From an uncultured Ectothiorhodospiraceae bacterium (GTDB lineage Bacteria > Pseudomonadota > Gammaproteobacteria > CAYFWJ01): DNA of 64,000 bases. Each line of letters opens with the position of its first letter. The first letter of the stretch is position 1. Location: NCBI GenBank assembly GCA_964346755.1, contig CAYFWJ010000001.1, positions 12,046-76,045 of the forward strand, read 5' to 3'. The notes below the pieces were generated by a model. That model searched no databases and was not told the origin of the DNA. It saw only the letters and a list, made by a program, of their open reading frames with translations. Positions 8,852 through 20,027 of this stretch are shown one piece after another. Position numbers and translations under genes: made by a program.

Positions 8852-11659
8852 TTACTCGAGCTTCCCGTGGCAGTGCTTGTATTTCTTGCCGGAGCCGCAC
8901 CAGCAGGGCTCGTTACGGCCGATCTTGCGCTCCCCACGGACGTATGGCTCGGCACCGGCATTGGCTTCGGCCACCGGGCGTCGCGCCGCTGTTCGACCGG
9001 CCGTGCCGCTCGGGTTCCCGCGCGCCGGCCCCGGGGCTGGGGCTTGGCCTTCTGCCCCGGCGGCCTCGGCCAAGGCGTTGGCCTCGGCGTGTTCGGCATG
9101 CATGGCCTCCGGCTCGGTCGGAGCCATCTCCAGGCGATTGATATCCGTTTGACGTTCGACCTCGACCCGTGAGATCAGCGAGATGGCCTCGTGTTTCATC
9201 CGCTCCAGCATCTGCTGGAACATATTGAAGGACTCCCGCTTGAACTCCTGCTTGGGGTTGCGCTGGGCGTAGCCACGCAGATGGATCCCTTGGCGCAAGT
9301 AGTCCATGGCGGCGAGGTGCTCCTTCCATTGGGTGTCCAGCACCTGCAGCATGACCGCCTTCTCGAACCGGCGCATGTTCTCGGCGCCGACCTGCTCCTC
9401 TTTCTCCCGATAGATCCGTTCCAGCTCGTCGAGGATGCGGCGGCGCAGTGTCTCTTCATGGAGCTCGTGGTCCTCGTCCAGCCACTGCTGGATCGGGAAG
9501 GATTCACCGATCTCCTCGGACAGCGCCTGTTCAAGGCCGGGGACGTCCCACTGCTCTTCCAGACTCTCCCGCGGGATGTACCGATCGATGATCTCGTTGA
9601 CGACGTCCTCGCGGATGGATTGGATCGTCTCGGAGATGTCCTCCGAGCGCAACAGCTCGTCCCGTTGACCGTAGATGACCTTGCGCTGGTCGTTGGCGAC
9701 GTTGTCGTACTCGAGCAGGTTCTTGCGGATATCGAAGTTGTGGGCCTCGACCTTGCGTTGGGCGTTTTCGATGGCCTTGGTGACCCACGGGTGCTCGATG
9801 GCTTCGCCCTCTTGCATGCCGAGTCGCTGCATCAGCCCCGACATGCGGTCTGAGGCGAAGATGCGCATCAAATCGTCCTCCAGGGAGAGATAGAACCGGC
9901 TCGAACCGGGATCCCCCTGACGGCCGGATCGACCTCGAAGCTGGTTATCGATCCGCCGGGACTCGTGACGCTCGGTGCCGATGATGTGCAGCCCCCCGGC
10001 GGCGACCACTTGCTCGTGCCGTGCCTGCCAGTCCGCTTCGAGGGCCTCGCGCGCCTCCGGGTCCTCCGGGTTCTCCAGCTGTTCGTGCTCGGTGTCCTTG
10101 TTGCCACCAAGGACGATGTCGGTTCCACGGCCGGCCATGTTGGTGGCGATGGTCACGGTGCCCGGTTGGCCGGCCTGGGCGATGACCTCCGCCTCCTGTT
10201 CGTGATGCTTGGCGTTCAAGACCTGATGGGGGACCTTAAAGCGCTTGAGCTGCTCGGAGAGGTACTCGGAGGTCTCCACGGAGGTCGTACCGACGAGGAC
10301 GGGCTGCCCTCGACCGACACAATCCTGGATATCCTCGATGATGGTGTTGAACTTCTCGTTGGCCGTGAGATAGATCAGATCGCCGCGGTCATCGCGGATC
10401 ATCGGCTTATGGGTGGGGATGACCACCACTTCGAGGCCGTAGATCTGTTGGAACTCGAAGGCCTCGGTGTCCGCGGTCCCGGTCATCCCGGCGAGTTTGT
10501 CGTACTGGCGGAAGTAGTTCTGGAAGGTGATCGAGGCCAGGGTCTGGTTCTCCCGCTGGATCGGGACCCCTTCCTTGGCCTCGATGGCCTGGTGGAGCCC
10601 CTCCGACCAGCGCCGACCCGGCATCGTCCGGCCGGTGAATTCGTCGACGATGATGACTTCGCCGTTGCGGACGATGTATTCGTCATCCCGCTGATAGAGG
10701 GCATGGGCCCGCAGGGCGGCGTTGATGTGGTGCATCAGGCCGATGTTGCCCGCATCGTAGAGGCTCTCGCCCTCAGGCAACATGCCTTCATCGGCGAGCA
10801 GGGCCTCGAGTTTTTCGTGTCCCGACTCGGTGAGATAGACCTGCTTGTTCTTCTCGTCGACGGCGTAGTCGCCGGGACCTTCGAGCTCCAGCTTGCCCTC
10901 GGGTTGAGGTGGCTGGGCCTCGAGCTGCGGCATCAATCGATCGATCCGCTGGTAGAGTTCCGAGCTATCCGCCGCGGGGCCGGAGATGATCAGCGGCGTC
11001 CGGGCCTCATCGATGAGGATGGAGTCCACCTCGTCCACGATGGCGAAGTTGAGCCCCCGCTGGACCTTATCTTCCAATCGGAAGGCCATGTTGTCCCGCA
11101 GGTAATCGAAACCGAACTCGTTGTTCGTCCCGTACGTGACATGGGCTTGATAGGCCTGTTGCTTCTCCGCGTACTCCTGACGCGGGACCACGACCCCAAC
11201 CTCGAGCCCCAAGAATCGATAGATCCGGCCCATCCATTCCGCGTCGCGGCGGGCCAGATAGTCGTTCACGGTGACGACGTGAACGGCCCGATCCGCCAGG
11301 GCGTTGAGGTAGACCGGGAGGGTGGCGGCCAGGGTCTTGCCCTCACCCGTGCGCATCTCGGCGATATTCCCTTCGTGCAAGGCCATCCCGCCGATCAGCT
11401 GGACGTCGAAATGCCGCATCCCGAGGGTGCGCCGACTGGTCTCGCGCACCACCGCAAAGGCCTCGGGCAGCAAGTGGTCCAGTTTGGCCCCGCCGCGCAG
11501 ACGCTCCCGGAACTCGTCGGTCTTACCGCGCAGCTCGGCATCGGAGAGGCCTTGCATCTGGGGCTCGAGCTGATTGATAGCTTCGACCTTCTTGCGAAGC
11601 CGTTTGAGGACGCGCTCGTTGCGGCTCCCGAACGTGCGCGAGAGGATATTTCCAAACAT
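8852..11659 (-). CDS. secA: Preprotein translocase ATPase SecA
   Basis: 935 aa; DEAD-like motor motifs ([28 protein letters not shown]) and C-terminal zinc finger [14 protein letters not shown]. Confidence 0.97.
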   Translation of the reverse strand: MFGNILSRTFGSRNERVLKRLRKKVEAINQLEPQMQGLSDAELRGKTDEFRERLRGGAKLDHLLPEAFAVVRETSRRTLGMRHFDVQLIGGMALHEGNIAEMRTGEGKTLAATLPVYLNALADRAVHVVTVNDYLARRDAEWMGRIYRFLGLEVGVVVPRQEYAEKQQAYQAHVTYGTNNEFGFDYLRDNMAFRLEDKVQRGLNFAIVDEVDSILIDEARTPLIISGPAADSSELYQRIDRLMPQLEAQPPQPEGKLELEGPGDYAVDEKNKQVYLTESGHEKLEALLADEGMLPEGESLYDAGNIGLMHHINAALRAHALYQRDDEYIVRNGEVIIVDEFTGRTMPGRRWSEGLHQAIEAKEGVPIQRENQTLASITFQNYFRQYDKLAGMTGTADTEAFEFQQIYGLEVVVIPTHKPMIRDDRGDLIYLTANEKFNTIIEDIQDCVGRGQPVLVGTTSVETSEYLSEQLKRFKVPHQVLNAKHHEQEAEVIAQAGQPGTVTIATNMAGRGTDIVLGGNKDTEHEQLENPEDPEAREALEADWQARHEQVVAAGGLHIIGTERHESRRIDNQLRGRSGRQGDPGSSRFYLSLEDDLMRIFASDRMSGLMQRLGMQEGEAIEHPWVTKAIENAQRKVEAHNFDIRKNLLEYDNVANDQRKVIYGQRDELLRSEDISETIQSIREDVVNEIIDRYIPRESLEEQWDVPGLEQALSEEIGESFPIQQWLDEDHELHEETLRRRILDELERIYREKEEQVGAENMRRFEKAVMLQVLDTQWKEHLAAMDYLRQGIHLRGYAQRNPKQEFKRESFNMFQQMLERMKHEAISLISRVEVERQTDINRLEMAPTEPEAMHAEHAEANALAEAAGAEGQAPAPGPARGNPSGTAGRTAARRPVAEANAGAEPYVRGERKIGRNEPCWCGSGKKYKHCHGKLE

Positions 11660-11891
11660 AGATGTCGCCGAAAGAAGCAGGTGAGCGGGCTAGGATGACG
11701 AGGCCACGCGGAGGCGGGCGGTGGACTCGCGGACCGCCCCGAGCGGTTCCGGGGTCGCATCACCTCCGCCTTCGTCAAGCGTGCGAGTATACCATGTTGA
11801 GCGTGAGCCGCCCGAATCGGATCGATCGCGGCCGATAAGGGCGGCTCATCGCCTGGGATGCCGATGGCTACAAGGGGGCCGGCCGCTGGCC

Positions 11892-12788
11892 CTAGCGCTC
11901 CAGATAGCGGGTCGGGTCCACCGGTTTGTCGCGGTGTCGGACCTCGAAATGAATGTGGTTTCCCGTGGAACGTCCCGTCGAGCCGACCAATGCGATCTTT
12001 TGTCCCTTGGAGACGATGTCGCCCACCTCGACCAGGTTGCGCCGGTTGTGCGCGTAACGGGTGCGGTAGCCATTGCCATGATCGATCTCCACGAGGTAGC
12101 CGTAGCCATCGACCCATGTGGACCGACTGACGACACCCGTTGCGACGGTCCGGATGGGGGTGCCGCCCGGGACGGCGATATCGACACCGCTATGGAATGA
12201 GTTGTCGCCGCTAAAGGGATCCAGCCGATGGCCGTAGGCCGATGACACCCAGCCGCCGGTCACGGGTTGGCCTTCTGGGGTCCGGGCGGCGTGGCTGGAT
12301 TGGTCTTGTAGGAACCCGGCGATGACCTCAAGATCCTCCGCTTTAGCTCGGAGAAGTCGTTCGAAGGTGCTCAGGCGATGTTGTAGGCTTCCCCAGGATG
12401 GCGGGGCGTTGGCGGCCTCGATGGGTTGGTTCAGGCCACCGAGGGCCGGCGGACGATTGAAGTCGAAGCCCTCCGAATCGAGGTCGGCCAATTGCACGAG
12501 GCGCTCTCCTAGCGCATCGACCCGGTCGACATGGGCGCGCAGCCGACCGAGTTGGGCGTTCAACCCCTCGGCTTCGGTGCGTGATTCCTGCTTCAGGGCT
12601 GCCAGTTCGAGGCTCATCGCGCGGATCTCTTGGCGCATCGCGGCCCGATCTTGGGTCGCCGCGGTCGCACCTTCTCGTTGCTGGCCGATGTACAGACCGC
12701 AACCGAAGACGGTCACGAGGACCAAGGCCAGCGGGAGGGCGCGTCGCCCCACGCGTCGAATGCGTCGTGGCCAAAGGAATGTCTGCAT
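11892..12788 (-). CDS. M23 (LytM) family metallopeptidase with N-terminal TM and coiled-coil (EnvC/NlpD-like)
   Basis: HxxxD (FHSGVD) and HxH (HIHFEV) catalytic motifs; N-terminal membrane anchor LPLALVLVTVFGCGL; internal start MQTFLWPRR chosen. Confidence 0.7.
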   Translation of the reverse strand: MQTFLWPRRIRRVGRRALPLALVLVTVFGCGLYIGQQREGATAATQDRAAMRQEIRAMSLELAALKQESRTEAEGLNAQLGRLRAHVDRVDALGERLVQLADLDSEGFDFNRPPALGGLNQPIEAANAPPSWGSLQHRLSTFERLLRAKAEDLEVIAGFLQDQSSHAARTPEGQPVTGGWVSSAYGHRLDPFSGDNSFHSGVDIAVPGGTPIRTVATGVVSRSTWVDGYGYLVEIDHGNGYRTRYAHNRRNLVEVGDIVSKGQKIALVGSTGRSTGNHIHFEVRHRDKPVDPTRYLER

Positions 12789-13185
12789 GCGCAGGGATCG
12801 ATCGATTCGACCAATGGAACCCATAAGCCCTTCTCGTTTTCAATGAATCAGGTCGTGTGTACGCGCGGTTGAACCATGGAGACGTGGGCTCCCGTATCGG
12901 CTATCACGCGGCACTCGAACCCTGCTGCGCGCGGTCCCGATGCCCCGGCGGTCGTCAGGGGTCAGCGAGGGCAGCCGGAGTGTTGCGCAATAACGCCCTA
13001 TCCCGGGATGTGCGCGGTACAGCCCCGCGCTCGTCGTTGCTCGAGCTGCCGGGTTGTTATGTCGAGGCGCAGCGCCTCGGATGGCAGGCAAACCCCAACC
13101 CGTTCCAACCCGCGTGGTTTCGACGGTTCGGGTGGTGCGGCGGCTGCGCGCCTCCCCACCGCAATGGCATTGGAACCGGTAGGCC

Positions 13186-14115
13186 CTAGGCCTGGCACAC
13201 GACGGCAGGGGTCGACTCGGCGGGGGCTTCCAGCTGGGCGTGCGGGAATTCCTCGCACGTGATCTCCTCCCAGGCCGTCGGGTCGGCGAGTAACGTGCGC
13301 AGCAGCTGGTTGTTCAGGGTGTGGCCGGATTTGTAAGCCGTCACCGCACCTAGGACGGGTCGGCCGAGCAGATACAGGTCGCCGAGGAGGTCGAGGATCT
13401 TGTGGCGAACGAACTCGGTGTCATAGCGCAACCCGCCCGGATTGATGATCGAATTGTCATCCAATACGACGGCGTTGTCCAACCCGCCACCTCGGGCGAG
13501 GTTGTTTTGACGCATGTACTGGATATCCCGGGTAAACCCGAAGGTTCGGGCCCGACTGAGCTCTTTGATGAAGGAGGTGGTCGTGATATCAAAGGTTTCC
13601 GTTTGACCACCGGGGGGAAAGAGCGGATGGTCGAAGTCGATCGTAAATCGGATGCGCAAGCCGTCGTGGGGCTCGAGACGAACCCACCGATCAGCATCGC
13701 CGACTGTCACCGGGCGCTTGATCCGGATGTAGCGTCGGGGCGTCGGCTGTTCGATGATGCCAGCGGATTGACAGAGAAAGACGAATGGACTGGCGCTACC
13801 GTCCATGATCGGCACCTCCTCGTCATCCACTTCGACGTGCACGTTGTCGATACCGAGCCCCGCCAATGCGGCCATCAGATGCTCGATGGTCGATACCGTG
13901 ACCCCGTCCTGCGCCAGCGTCGTCGAGAGCGTCGTGTCTCCCACGCAGGCCGGGCAAGCCCCGATGGTGCGATGCGACGGACCATCCCCTCGACGAAACA
14001 CCACCCCGGTGTTGGGCATCGCCGGCATCAGTCGAAGACCGATACGACGCCCTGTGTGGAGCCCGGTGCCCGTTGCCCGGATCGCATTACGTAACGTTCG
14101 TTGACGAACCAAATC
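13186..14115 (-). CDS. lpxC: UDP-3-O-acyl-N-acetylglucosamine deacetylase
   Basis: Aligns with E. coli LpxC from (M)VRQRTLRNAI onward (TGTGLHTG, HLMAALAGLGIDN, GHTLNNQLL). Track start is GTG at 14142; a TTG at 14113-14115 fits the conserved N-terminus better. Confidence 0.9.
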   Translation of the reverse strand, partial: DLVRQRTLRNAIRATGTGLHTGRRIGLRLMPAMPNTGVVFRRGDGPSHRTIGACPACVGDTTLSTTLAQDGVTVSTIEHLMAALAGLGIDNVHVEVDDEEVPIMDGSASPFVFLCQSAGIIEQPTPRRYIRIKRPVTVGDADRWVRLEPHDGLRIRFTIDFDHPLFPPGGQTETFDITTTSFIKELSRARTFGFTRDIQYMRQNNLARGGGLDNAVVLDDNSIINPGGLRYDTEFVRHKILDLLGDLYLLGRPVLGAVTAYKSGHTLNNQLLRTLLADPTAWEEITCEEFPHAQLEAPAESTPAVVCQA

Positions 14116-14360
14116 ACCCTCCTCGCCCCACCGGAAGCGCACGTGGCCGAATCGCCGGTTACGGGCACCGCTAAGACGTCATCGAATAAAAGCCATCGAT
14201 AATACAGACTTTGTGGTCTCTTTGCAGCCAACCATGAGCCATCGTCGGCGCCAGACCGGGGCCGCCCCTGAGGCGGTCGACGCGATCCACCCGGGTTAAC
14301 CCGTTCGCTCCGTGGTGACGGAGCGAACGGGCCCCTGTACCACGCGTGTCCTCCGTCTTC

Positions 14361-15476
14361 TCAGTCCGCTTGACGGCGGAGGAACGCGGGGATGTCGAGA
14401 TACTGATAGTCGGGTTCGTCGCTGGCTTCGTGACGTACGGCTGTGGGACGACGGGCGGAGTCGGCCTCACCTTTCCCCTTGCCTTCGACGAGGCGAACCT
14501 TGGATTGATTCTTGCTACTTCCGCCGCCGAGGCCTGTGGCGACCACCGTCACCCGCAATTCCCCGTCCAGGTTCGGATCGATGACGGTTCCGACGACAAC
14601 GGTGGCTTCTTCCTGGGCAAACCCCTTGACCGTATTGCCAACCTCGTCGAATTCGCCAATGGTCATGTCCATGCCGGCGGTCACGTTGACCAGGATGCCG
14701 TGGGCCCCCGCCATGTCCACGTCTTCAAGCAGCGGGCTGTTGATGGCGCTTTCAGCCGCTTCCCGGGCGCGGTTTTCGCCGGTCGCCGAGCCACTCCCCA
14801 TCATCGCCATACCCATCTCCGCCATGACGGTGCGGACGTCCGCAAAGTCCAGGTTGATCAGACCGGGTCGGGTAATGAGCTCAGAGATACCTTGAACCGC
14901 GTTCTTCAGGACGTCGTTCGCGGCATTGAAGGCATCGATCAAGGCGCTCGTCGTTCCCAGAACGGGCAGCAGCTTTTCGTTGGGAATCGTGATGACGGAG
15001 TCGACATGCTGGCTCAACTCATCGATTCCTTTGGTCGCCATCTGCATGCGGCGATGGCCCTCAAAGGGGAACGGTTTGGTGACCACCGCGACCGTCAGGA
15101 TCCCGAGCTCCTTGGCGATCTGGGCGACCACGGGCGTGGCTCCGGTCCCGGTTCCACCGCCCATCCCGGCGGTAATGAACAGCATGTCCGCCCCCTCGAT
15201 CGCCTCCTGGATGCGATCGCGATCTTCTAGGGCGGCCTGACGGCCGACCTCGGGGTTGGCACCCGCGCCGAGTCCCTTGGTCACGTTGCTGCCGAGTTGC
15301 AGAGCCACCTGGGTGTGGGTGTTTTGCAGCGCCTGCGCATCGGTGTTGGCGCAGATGAAATCCACCCCGTCGATGCTGCTCGTCACCATATGCTGGACGG
15401 CGTTACCGCCCCCGCCACCGACACCAATGACCTTGATGACCGCGTTTTGGTTGTAATCATCCATCAGTTCGAACAT
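14361..15476 (-). CDS. ftsZ: Cell division GTPase FtsZ
   Basis: GGGTGTG tubulin signature ([17 protein letters not shown]) and N-terminal [14 protein letters not shown]. Confidence 0.97.
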   Translation of the reverse strand: MFELMDDYNQNAVIKVIGVGGGGGNAVQHMVTSSIDGVDFICANTDAQALQNTHTQVALQLGSNVTKGLGAGANPEVGRQAALEDRDRIQEAIEGADMLFITAGMGGGTGTGATPVVAQIAKELGILTVAVVTKPFPFEGHRRMQMATKGIDELSQHVDSVITIPNEKLLPVLGTTSALIDAFNAANDVLKNAVQGISELITRPGLINLDFADVRTVMAEMGMAMMGSGSATGENRAREAAESAINSPLLEDVDMAGAHGILVNVTAGMDMTIGEFDEVGNTVKGFAQEEATVVVGTVIDPNLDGELRVTVVATGLGGGSSKNQSKVRLVEGKGKGEADSARRPTAVRHEASDEPDYQYLDIPAFLRRQAD

Positions 15477-15511
15477 GGGACACCTCCCGCCTCTGGGTTA
15501 ACTGTCGTGCA

Positions 15512-16747
15512 CTAGAAAAGGTCGCGTAACCAGTGATGAAAACGCTGCCAAACTCCTTGCTCGCGGCGTTCCGAGTTTGGCTCCGGCCGATACTCCATGC
15601 GGGCCTCTCGGCCGTATAGCAACAATCCGGCGGCGGCTGCATGCGCCGGATCGTCCAAGAAATCCGGCGAACCGGCAATGTGTCGGGCCGTCCCCAGACG
15701 GACTGGCATTTCGAAGACCTCTTCTGCCAAGGGGACGACACCTTCCATCTTGGCCGCTCCACCCGTTAAGACCACGCCTGCGGCGACGAGCTCTTCCAAG
15801 CCGCTGCGTCGCAGCTCAGCGCGGACCAGGCGAAACAATTCCTCGTACCGGGATTCTGCCACCTCCGCGAGTTGGCCGCGCGGGATCATCCGTGGGGGGC
15901 GGTCGCCGACGCTCGGGACCTCGACCTCCTCGTCGTCCTGCACAAGGCGCCGTAGCGCCGCGGTCGATTGCACCTTGACGTTCTCGGCATGCTGGACCGG
16001 GGTCCGAAGCGCCACGGCGATGTCGTTGGTGACCTGATCCCCGGCGATCGGGACGACGGCCGTGTGTTGCAGAGCGCCATCGGTGTAGATCGCGACGCTG
16101 GTGGTTCCCGAGCCAGCGTCGACCAGGCAGACACCGAGTTCTTTCTCATCCTCGGTGAGCACCGCGAGGGCCGAAGCCAGTTGCTGCAAGACCAGCGTGT
16201 CCACGTCCAAGGCGCAGCGTTGCAGGCACTTGATCAGGTTTTGCGAGGAGCTGCTCGAGCCGGTGACGAGATGGATCTTGCCTTCGAGTCGGACGCCGGA
16301 CATCCCGATCGGATCCTTGATGCCCTCCTGATCGTCGATGACGAATTCCTGCGGCAAGATATGCAGAAGCTCCTGGTCAGCCGGGATGGCCACGGCACGG
16401 GCGGCCTCGACGACGCGGTCGACGTCCTCCTGGGTGACCTCATCGGCCTTGATTCCCACGATGCCATGGGAGTTACGACTCCCCACGTGGCTGCCCGAGA
16501 CGGTTGCAAAGACCGAATGGATTTGACACCCGGCGTCGGTCTCAGCGAGTTCCACGGCCTGTTGAATGGACTGGATCGTGGATTCGATATTGACGACCAC
16601 CCCGCGTTTCAGGCCGTGGGAACGGGCGACCCCGTGACCGATGACGGTGATCGTCCCGTCGGCACCGGTCTCTCCCACAACGGCTGTGACTTTGGAGGTC
16701 CCGACGTCGACCCCGACGATCCAATTCTTGCCCGTTTTGCGCGCCAT
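15512..16747 (-). CDS. ftsA: Cell division protein FtsA
   Basis: Actin-like ATPase; starts at the internal MARKTGKNWIVGVDVGTSKV; conserved ftsQ-ftsA-ftsZ order. Confidence 0.9.
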   Translation of the reverse strand: MARKTGKNWIVGVDVGTSKVTAVVGETGADGTITVIGHGVARSHGLKRGVVVNIESTIQSIQQAVELAETDAGCQIHSVFATVSGSHVGSRNSHGIVGIKADEVTQEDVDRVVEAARAVAIPADQELLHILPQEFVIDDQEGIKDPIGMSGVRLEGKIHLVTGSSSSSQNLIKCLQRCALDVDTLVLQQLASALAVLTEDEKELGVCLVDAGSGTTSVAIYTDGALQHTAVVPIAGDQVTNDIAVALRTPVQHAENVKVQSTAALRRLVQDDEEVEVPSVGDRPPRMIPRGQLAEVAESRYEELFRLVRAELRRSGLEELVAAGVVLTGGAAKMEGVVPLAEEVFEMPVRLGTARHIAGSPDFLDDPAHAAAAGLLLYGREARMEYRPEPNSERREQGVWQRFHHWLRDLF

Positions 16748-16879
16748 GATTACCGCGGTCTCGAATGAGTGAAAATCGGTTTGGTTCGTTGTGCCCCGCA
16801 CGGGGCTCGTTGGAACGAGCGGGGCGCCGTGTTATTCCGTTGTCAACGGGTGTTCCGTGTCCCGCCCGTGGTTAGACGC

Positions 16880-17680
16880 CTAGGTCTCGTGTCCGCGATC
16901 GTGCCAACCGATCGCAAATCCGGAGCTGTGGCGCATGTCCAAATAGCGGATGGTGCCGGCGCGATCCGCGACGACCTCCGGGTACCACTGGCGGAATCGC
17001 GCAAACCGCGCGTCCGGGTCGTTTCGTCCGAGCCGTACCTCCAAGCCGTTATTGAGCACGACGCGGCACGCCCCTCGGGCATCTTCCATCAACCGTTCCA
17101 ACCGCAGATCCAGCGGCTTCAGGGAGGTGTCCCAGTCTCGAAATCGCTGCCATAACGAGCTCGCGCGATCGGCTTGTCCGGTCAAACGGGGTAGCTCGTT
17201 TGGGATAGACGCCGGCGGTGGTTCGAAGACGTGACCCGAGGCGCTGATGACTCGATCCGCATTCCATCGTGCCGCCGCCTCCCACTCGCGGATCTCCAAG
17301 CGAAGGCCGTTCGGCCAGACTCGTCGGACGCGGGCCTCTGCAATCCAGGGCAGGGCTCGGAGATCATGGCGCACCGCCGCGAGCCCAAGTTGGAACCATC
17401 CGTGCAGCAACTCGTCGCGAACCGCCTGCTCCAGGGCCGGTTCGTGGGTTTGCAGCCTCGGTCCCAGAAGCTCGACCCGAGCGACGGGAAAGGTGTCCGG
17501 TTGGGCGAACCGGTTTGTGATCCCCATCCAAACCCCCAGCAGGGCGAGCGCCAGCAATCCCTGGAGGATCCGGGCCAGCCAGTGGCCCAGATCCACCAGC
17601 CGCCATCGCGGTCGTGCCATGCGGCGGGCCGCGGGGCTGCGCCTCGGGATGCGATCGGAAGCGAGCGGTTTCCGAACCAT
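16880..17680 (-). CDS. ftsQ: Cell division protein FtsQ
   Basis: Single TM (LLALALLGVWMG) followed by POTRA/FtsQ periplasmic domain; position between murB and ftsA. Start may be the internal M at ~17620. Confidence 0.75.
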   Translation of the reverse strand: MVRKPLASDRIPRRSPAARRMARPRWRLVDLGHWLARILQGLLALALLGVWMGITNRFAQPDTFPVARVELLGPRLQTHEPALEQAVRDELLHGWFQLGLAAVRHDLRALPWIAEARVRRVWPNGLRLEIREWEAAARWNADRVISASGHVFEPPPASIPNELPRLTGQADRASSLWQRFRDWDTSLKPLDLRLERLMEDARGACRVVLNNGLEVRLGRNDPDARFARFRQWYPEVVADRAGTIRYLDMRHSSGFAIGWHDRGHET

Positions 17681-17682
17681 CC

Positions 17683-18573
17683 TCAGGCCCCCAGCATCCG
17701 GACTTCAGGGATGAGTTTCACCCCGAAACGGGTCTCGACGCGATGCTGGACGGTGTCGATCACGCGTTGGATCTGGACGGCCGTTGCCCGGCCGTGATTG
17801 ATAATGAAATTGGCGTGTTTGCTGGACACCGAGGCATCCCCATCCCGATAACCCATGAGCCCGGCCGCTTCGATCAACCGCCCGGCGTAATCCCCCGGTG
17901 GATTGCGAAAAACCGAACCACAGGTCCAACGGGTAATCGGTTGGGTTGCGGCGCGGTGCGCGAGTAGGCGCCGGACTTCATCGCTTCCATCCTGCCCCGG
18001 CGGTGCGTCTGGAAATCGGAGCACGGCTGCCGCGAACCACTCGCCTGCAGGCCCATCGACCTGGCGATAGCCGGGGCGGAAATCACTGGCCGGTCGGTGG
18101 CGCAGGGTCCCCTGCCGATCCAGGGTCGTGACGGATTCAACCCGTTCCCAGGTCACACCGCCGAAGGCGCCGGCATTCATTGCCAAGGCGCCGCCGAGGG
18201 TGCCCGGGATACCCGCGAAGAATTCGCCACCGGCGAGCCCGGCACGGATACTGAAACGTGCCAACCGGGCGCAGGGCACCCCTGCTTCCACGGTGATCCG
18301 GCGATCGCCGATGGCCTCGAGTTGGTCCAGTCCACCGTGCGTGAGGATGATCGTTCCCGGAAACCCTTGATCGCTCACCAGGACGTTGCTCCCCAGACCG
18401 AGCCAGGCGAGCGGTTCGGTGACGCCGCGGCGCAGCCGCTCAGCGAGCGCCGCGGCGCTGCTGGGTCGGATCATCCAGGCGGCTGGCCCGCCGACACGCC
18501 AGCTGCTTAGAGGCGCCAACGGGATGTCAGCGATCGGGTCGTCGCCGAGCTGTGCCTGGATGCGGCCCCTCAT
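17683..18573 (-). CDS. murB: UDP-N-acetylenolpyruvoylglucosamine reductase
   Basis: FAD-binding MurB motifs ([25 protein letters not shown]...); 296 aa. Confidence 0.85.
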   Translation of the reverse strand: MRGRIQAQLGDDPIADIPLAPLSSWRVGGPAAWMIRPSSAAALAERLRRGVTEPLAWLGLGSNVLVSDQGFPGTIILTHGGLDQLEAIGDRRITVEAGVPCARLARFSIRAGLAGGEFFAGIPGTLGGALAMNAGAFGGVTWERVESVTTLDRQGTLRHRPASDFRPGYRQVDGPAGEWFAAAVLRFPDAPPGQDGSDEVRRLLAHRAATQPITRWTCGSVFRNPPGDYAGRLIEAAGLMGYRDGDASVSSKHANFIINHGRATAVQIQRVIDTVQHRVETRFGVKLIPEVRMLGA

Positions 18574-20027
18574 CCGTCTGCCTCACCGCTGAGTTCGGCA
18601 ATAAGCCGTGGCGGGAGTCCACCGATGTTCCCGGCGCCCAGGGTGCAGAGCACGTCCCCAGGCTGCAGCGCACGGATGACCCGCGCGGGGACCTCCTCCA
18701 AACCCTGGCAGAGGTGTAACCCCGTCTGGCGCCCGCTAAGGCTGCGCGCCAGGGCCGCGCTGTCGGCGGCCGGGATCGGCGCCTCGCCGGCCGGATACAC
18801 GGGGGTCAGGAAGAGGGCATCCGGCTCGCGCAGCACCGTCACGAAGTCATCGAATAGATCCCGGGTGCGGGTGAACCGGTGAGGCTGGAAGACCACCACG
18901 AGACGACGGTTCGGCCAGCCCGCTCGCAGGGTCGCGAAGACCGCCTCGAGCTCCCGGGGATGATGGCCGTAGTCGTCCAGTACCAGGACGTGGCCCCCTG
19001 CGAAGGCGTGCTCTCCGTGGGATTGAAGGCGGCGCCCAATGCCTTCAAACCGGGCCAGTCCGGTCCGGATGGACTCGACGCTGACCCCGAGCTCCCGGGC
19101 GATGCCGATGGCCGCCAGGGCGTTCAGAACGTTGTGTCGGCCGGGAAGGTTCAGCGTGACGGGGAATGGGGCGTCGCCGTCCGCGAGGACCTCGAAATGG
19201 GTCTGCATCCCCTCGGGTCGCAGCCGTTGGGCGCGGATGTCGTTGCTTGCGCCAAAGCCGTAGGTGCGAACCCGTCGCGTCGCCTGTCGGTGGATCGCCT
19301 GTACCCCGGGGTCGTCGCCACAGACCACGGCGAGGCCGTAAAAAGGGACGTGGTGGAGGAAATCCGAGAAGCTCGCCCGGAGACGCTCCATATCCCCGTG
19401 ATAGGTCTCCATGTGGTCGGCGTCGATGTTCGTGATGACCGCGAGGACCGGATTGAGATGCAGGAACGAGCCGTCGCTCTCGTCGGCCTCAGCGACCAGG
19501 TATTGGCTCTGCCCGAGGCGGGCGTGACTGGCCGTGCTGTTTAGACGCCCGCCAATAACAAACGTCGGATCCAATCCGGCTTCACCCAACAGGCTCGCAA
19601 TGAGGCTAGTGGTGGTGGTCTTACCGTGGGTACCGGCAACGGCGATGCCCCAACGGAAGCGCATAATCTCCGACAGCATCTCGGCGCGGGGCACGACCGG
19701 TATCCGGGCCTCACGCGCGGCAACAACCTCCGGATTGGCCTCGGTCACGGCGCTTGAGATCACCACGGCATCCGCGCCGACCACCTGGCTGGCTCCATGC
19801 CCCTGGGCGATGTGGGCACCGAAGCCTCGCAGTCGTTCGGTCATGGCATTCTCGAGTAGGTCCGATCCGGAGACCCCGTATCCGAGGTTCAGCAAGACCT
19901 CTGCGATCCCCCCCATGCCAGCGCCCCCGATGCCGACGAAATGAATACGACGGGTTCGCCCCATCGGGTTGAAGTGCGGTTGATCCTGCATCGGCATCAG
20001 CCAGTGATTCCCGGTGAGGTGTTTCAT
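18570..20027 (-). CDS. murC: UDP-N-acetylmuramate--L-alanine ligase
   Basis: [19 protein letters not shown]-terminal Mur ligase motif and central [11 protein letters not shown]; internal start MKHLTGNHW overlaps the murG stop. Confidence 0.9.
   Translation of the reverse strand: MKHLTGNHWLMPMQDQPHFNPMGRTRRIHFVGIGGAGMGGIAEVLLNLGYGVSGSDLLENAMTERLRGFGAHIAQGHGASQVVGADAVVISSAVTEANPEVVAAREARIPVVPRAEMLSEIMRFRWGIAVAGTHGKTTTTSLIASLLGEAGLDPTFVIGGRLNSTASHARLGQSQYLVAEADESDGSFLHLNPVLAVITNIDADHMETYHGDMERLRASFSDFLHHVPFYGLAVVCGDDPGVQAIHRQATRRVRTYGFGASNDIRAQRLRPEGMQTHFEVLADGDAPFPVTLNLPGRHNVLNALAAIGIARELGVSVESIRTGLARFEGIGRRLQSHGEHAFAGGHVLVLDDYGHHPRELEAVFATLRAGWPNRRLVVVFQPHRFTRTRDLFDDFVTVLREPDALFLTPVYPAGEAPIPAADSAALARSLSGRQTGLHLCQGLEEVPARVIRALQPGDVLCTLGAGNIGGLPPRLIAELSGEADG

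Noticed and set aside
9965-11698. 577-aa plus-strand ORF (and many similar: 14346..15230, 23951..24859, 27190..28254, 33985..35763, 42088..44040 set, 50579..51475, 51862..52848, 61434..62648, 61679..63100)
   Set aside because: All lie antisense to well-supported conserved genes (secA, ftsZ, mraY, ftsI, thrS, recD, pilT, pilU, comF/FNR/pfkB). Their translations are Arg/Gly/Asp/Pro-rich low complexity, typical of long spurious antisense ORFs in high-GC genomes where stop codons are rare
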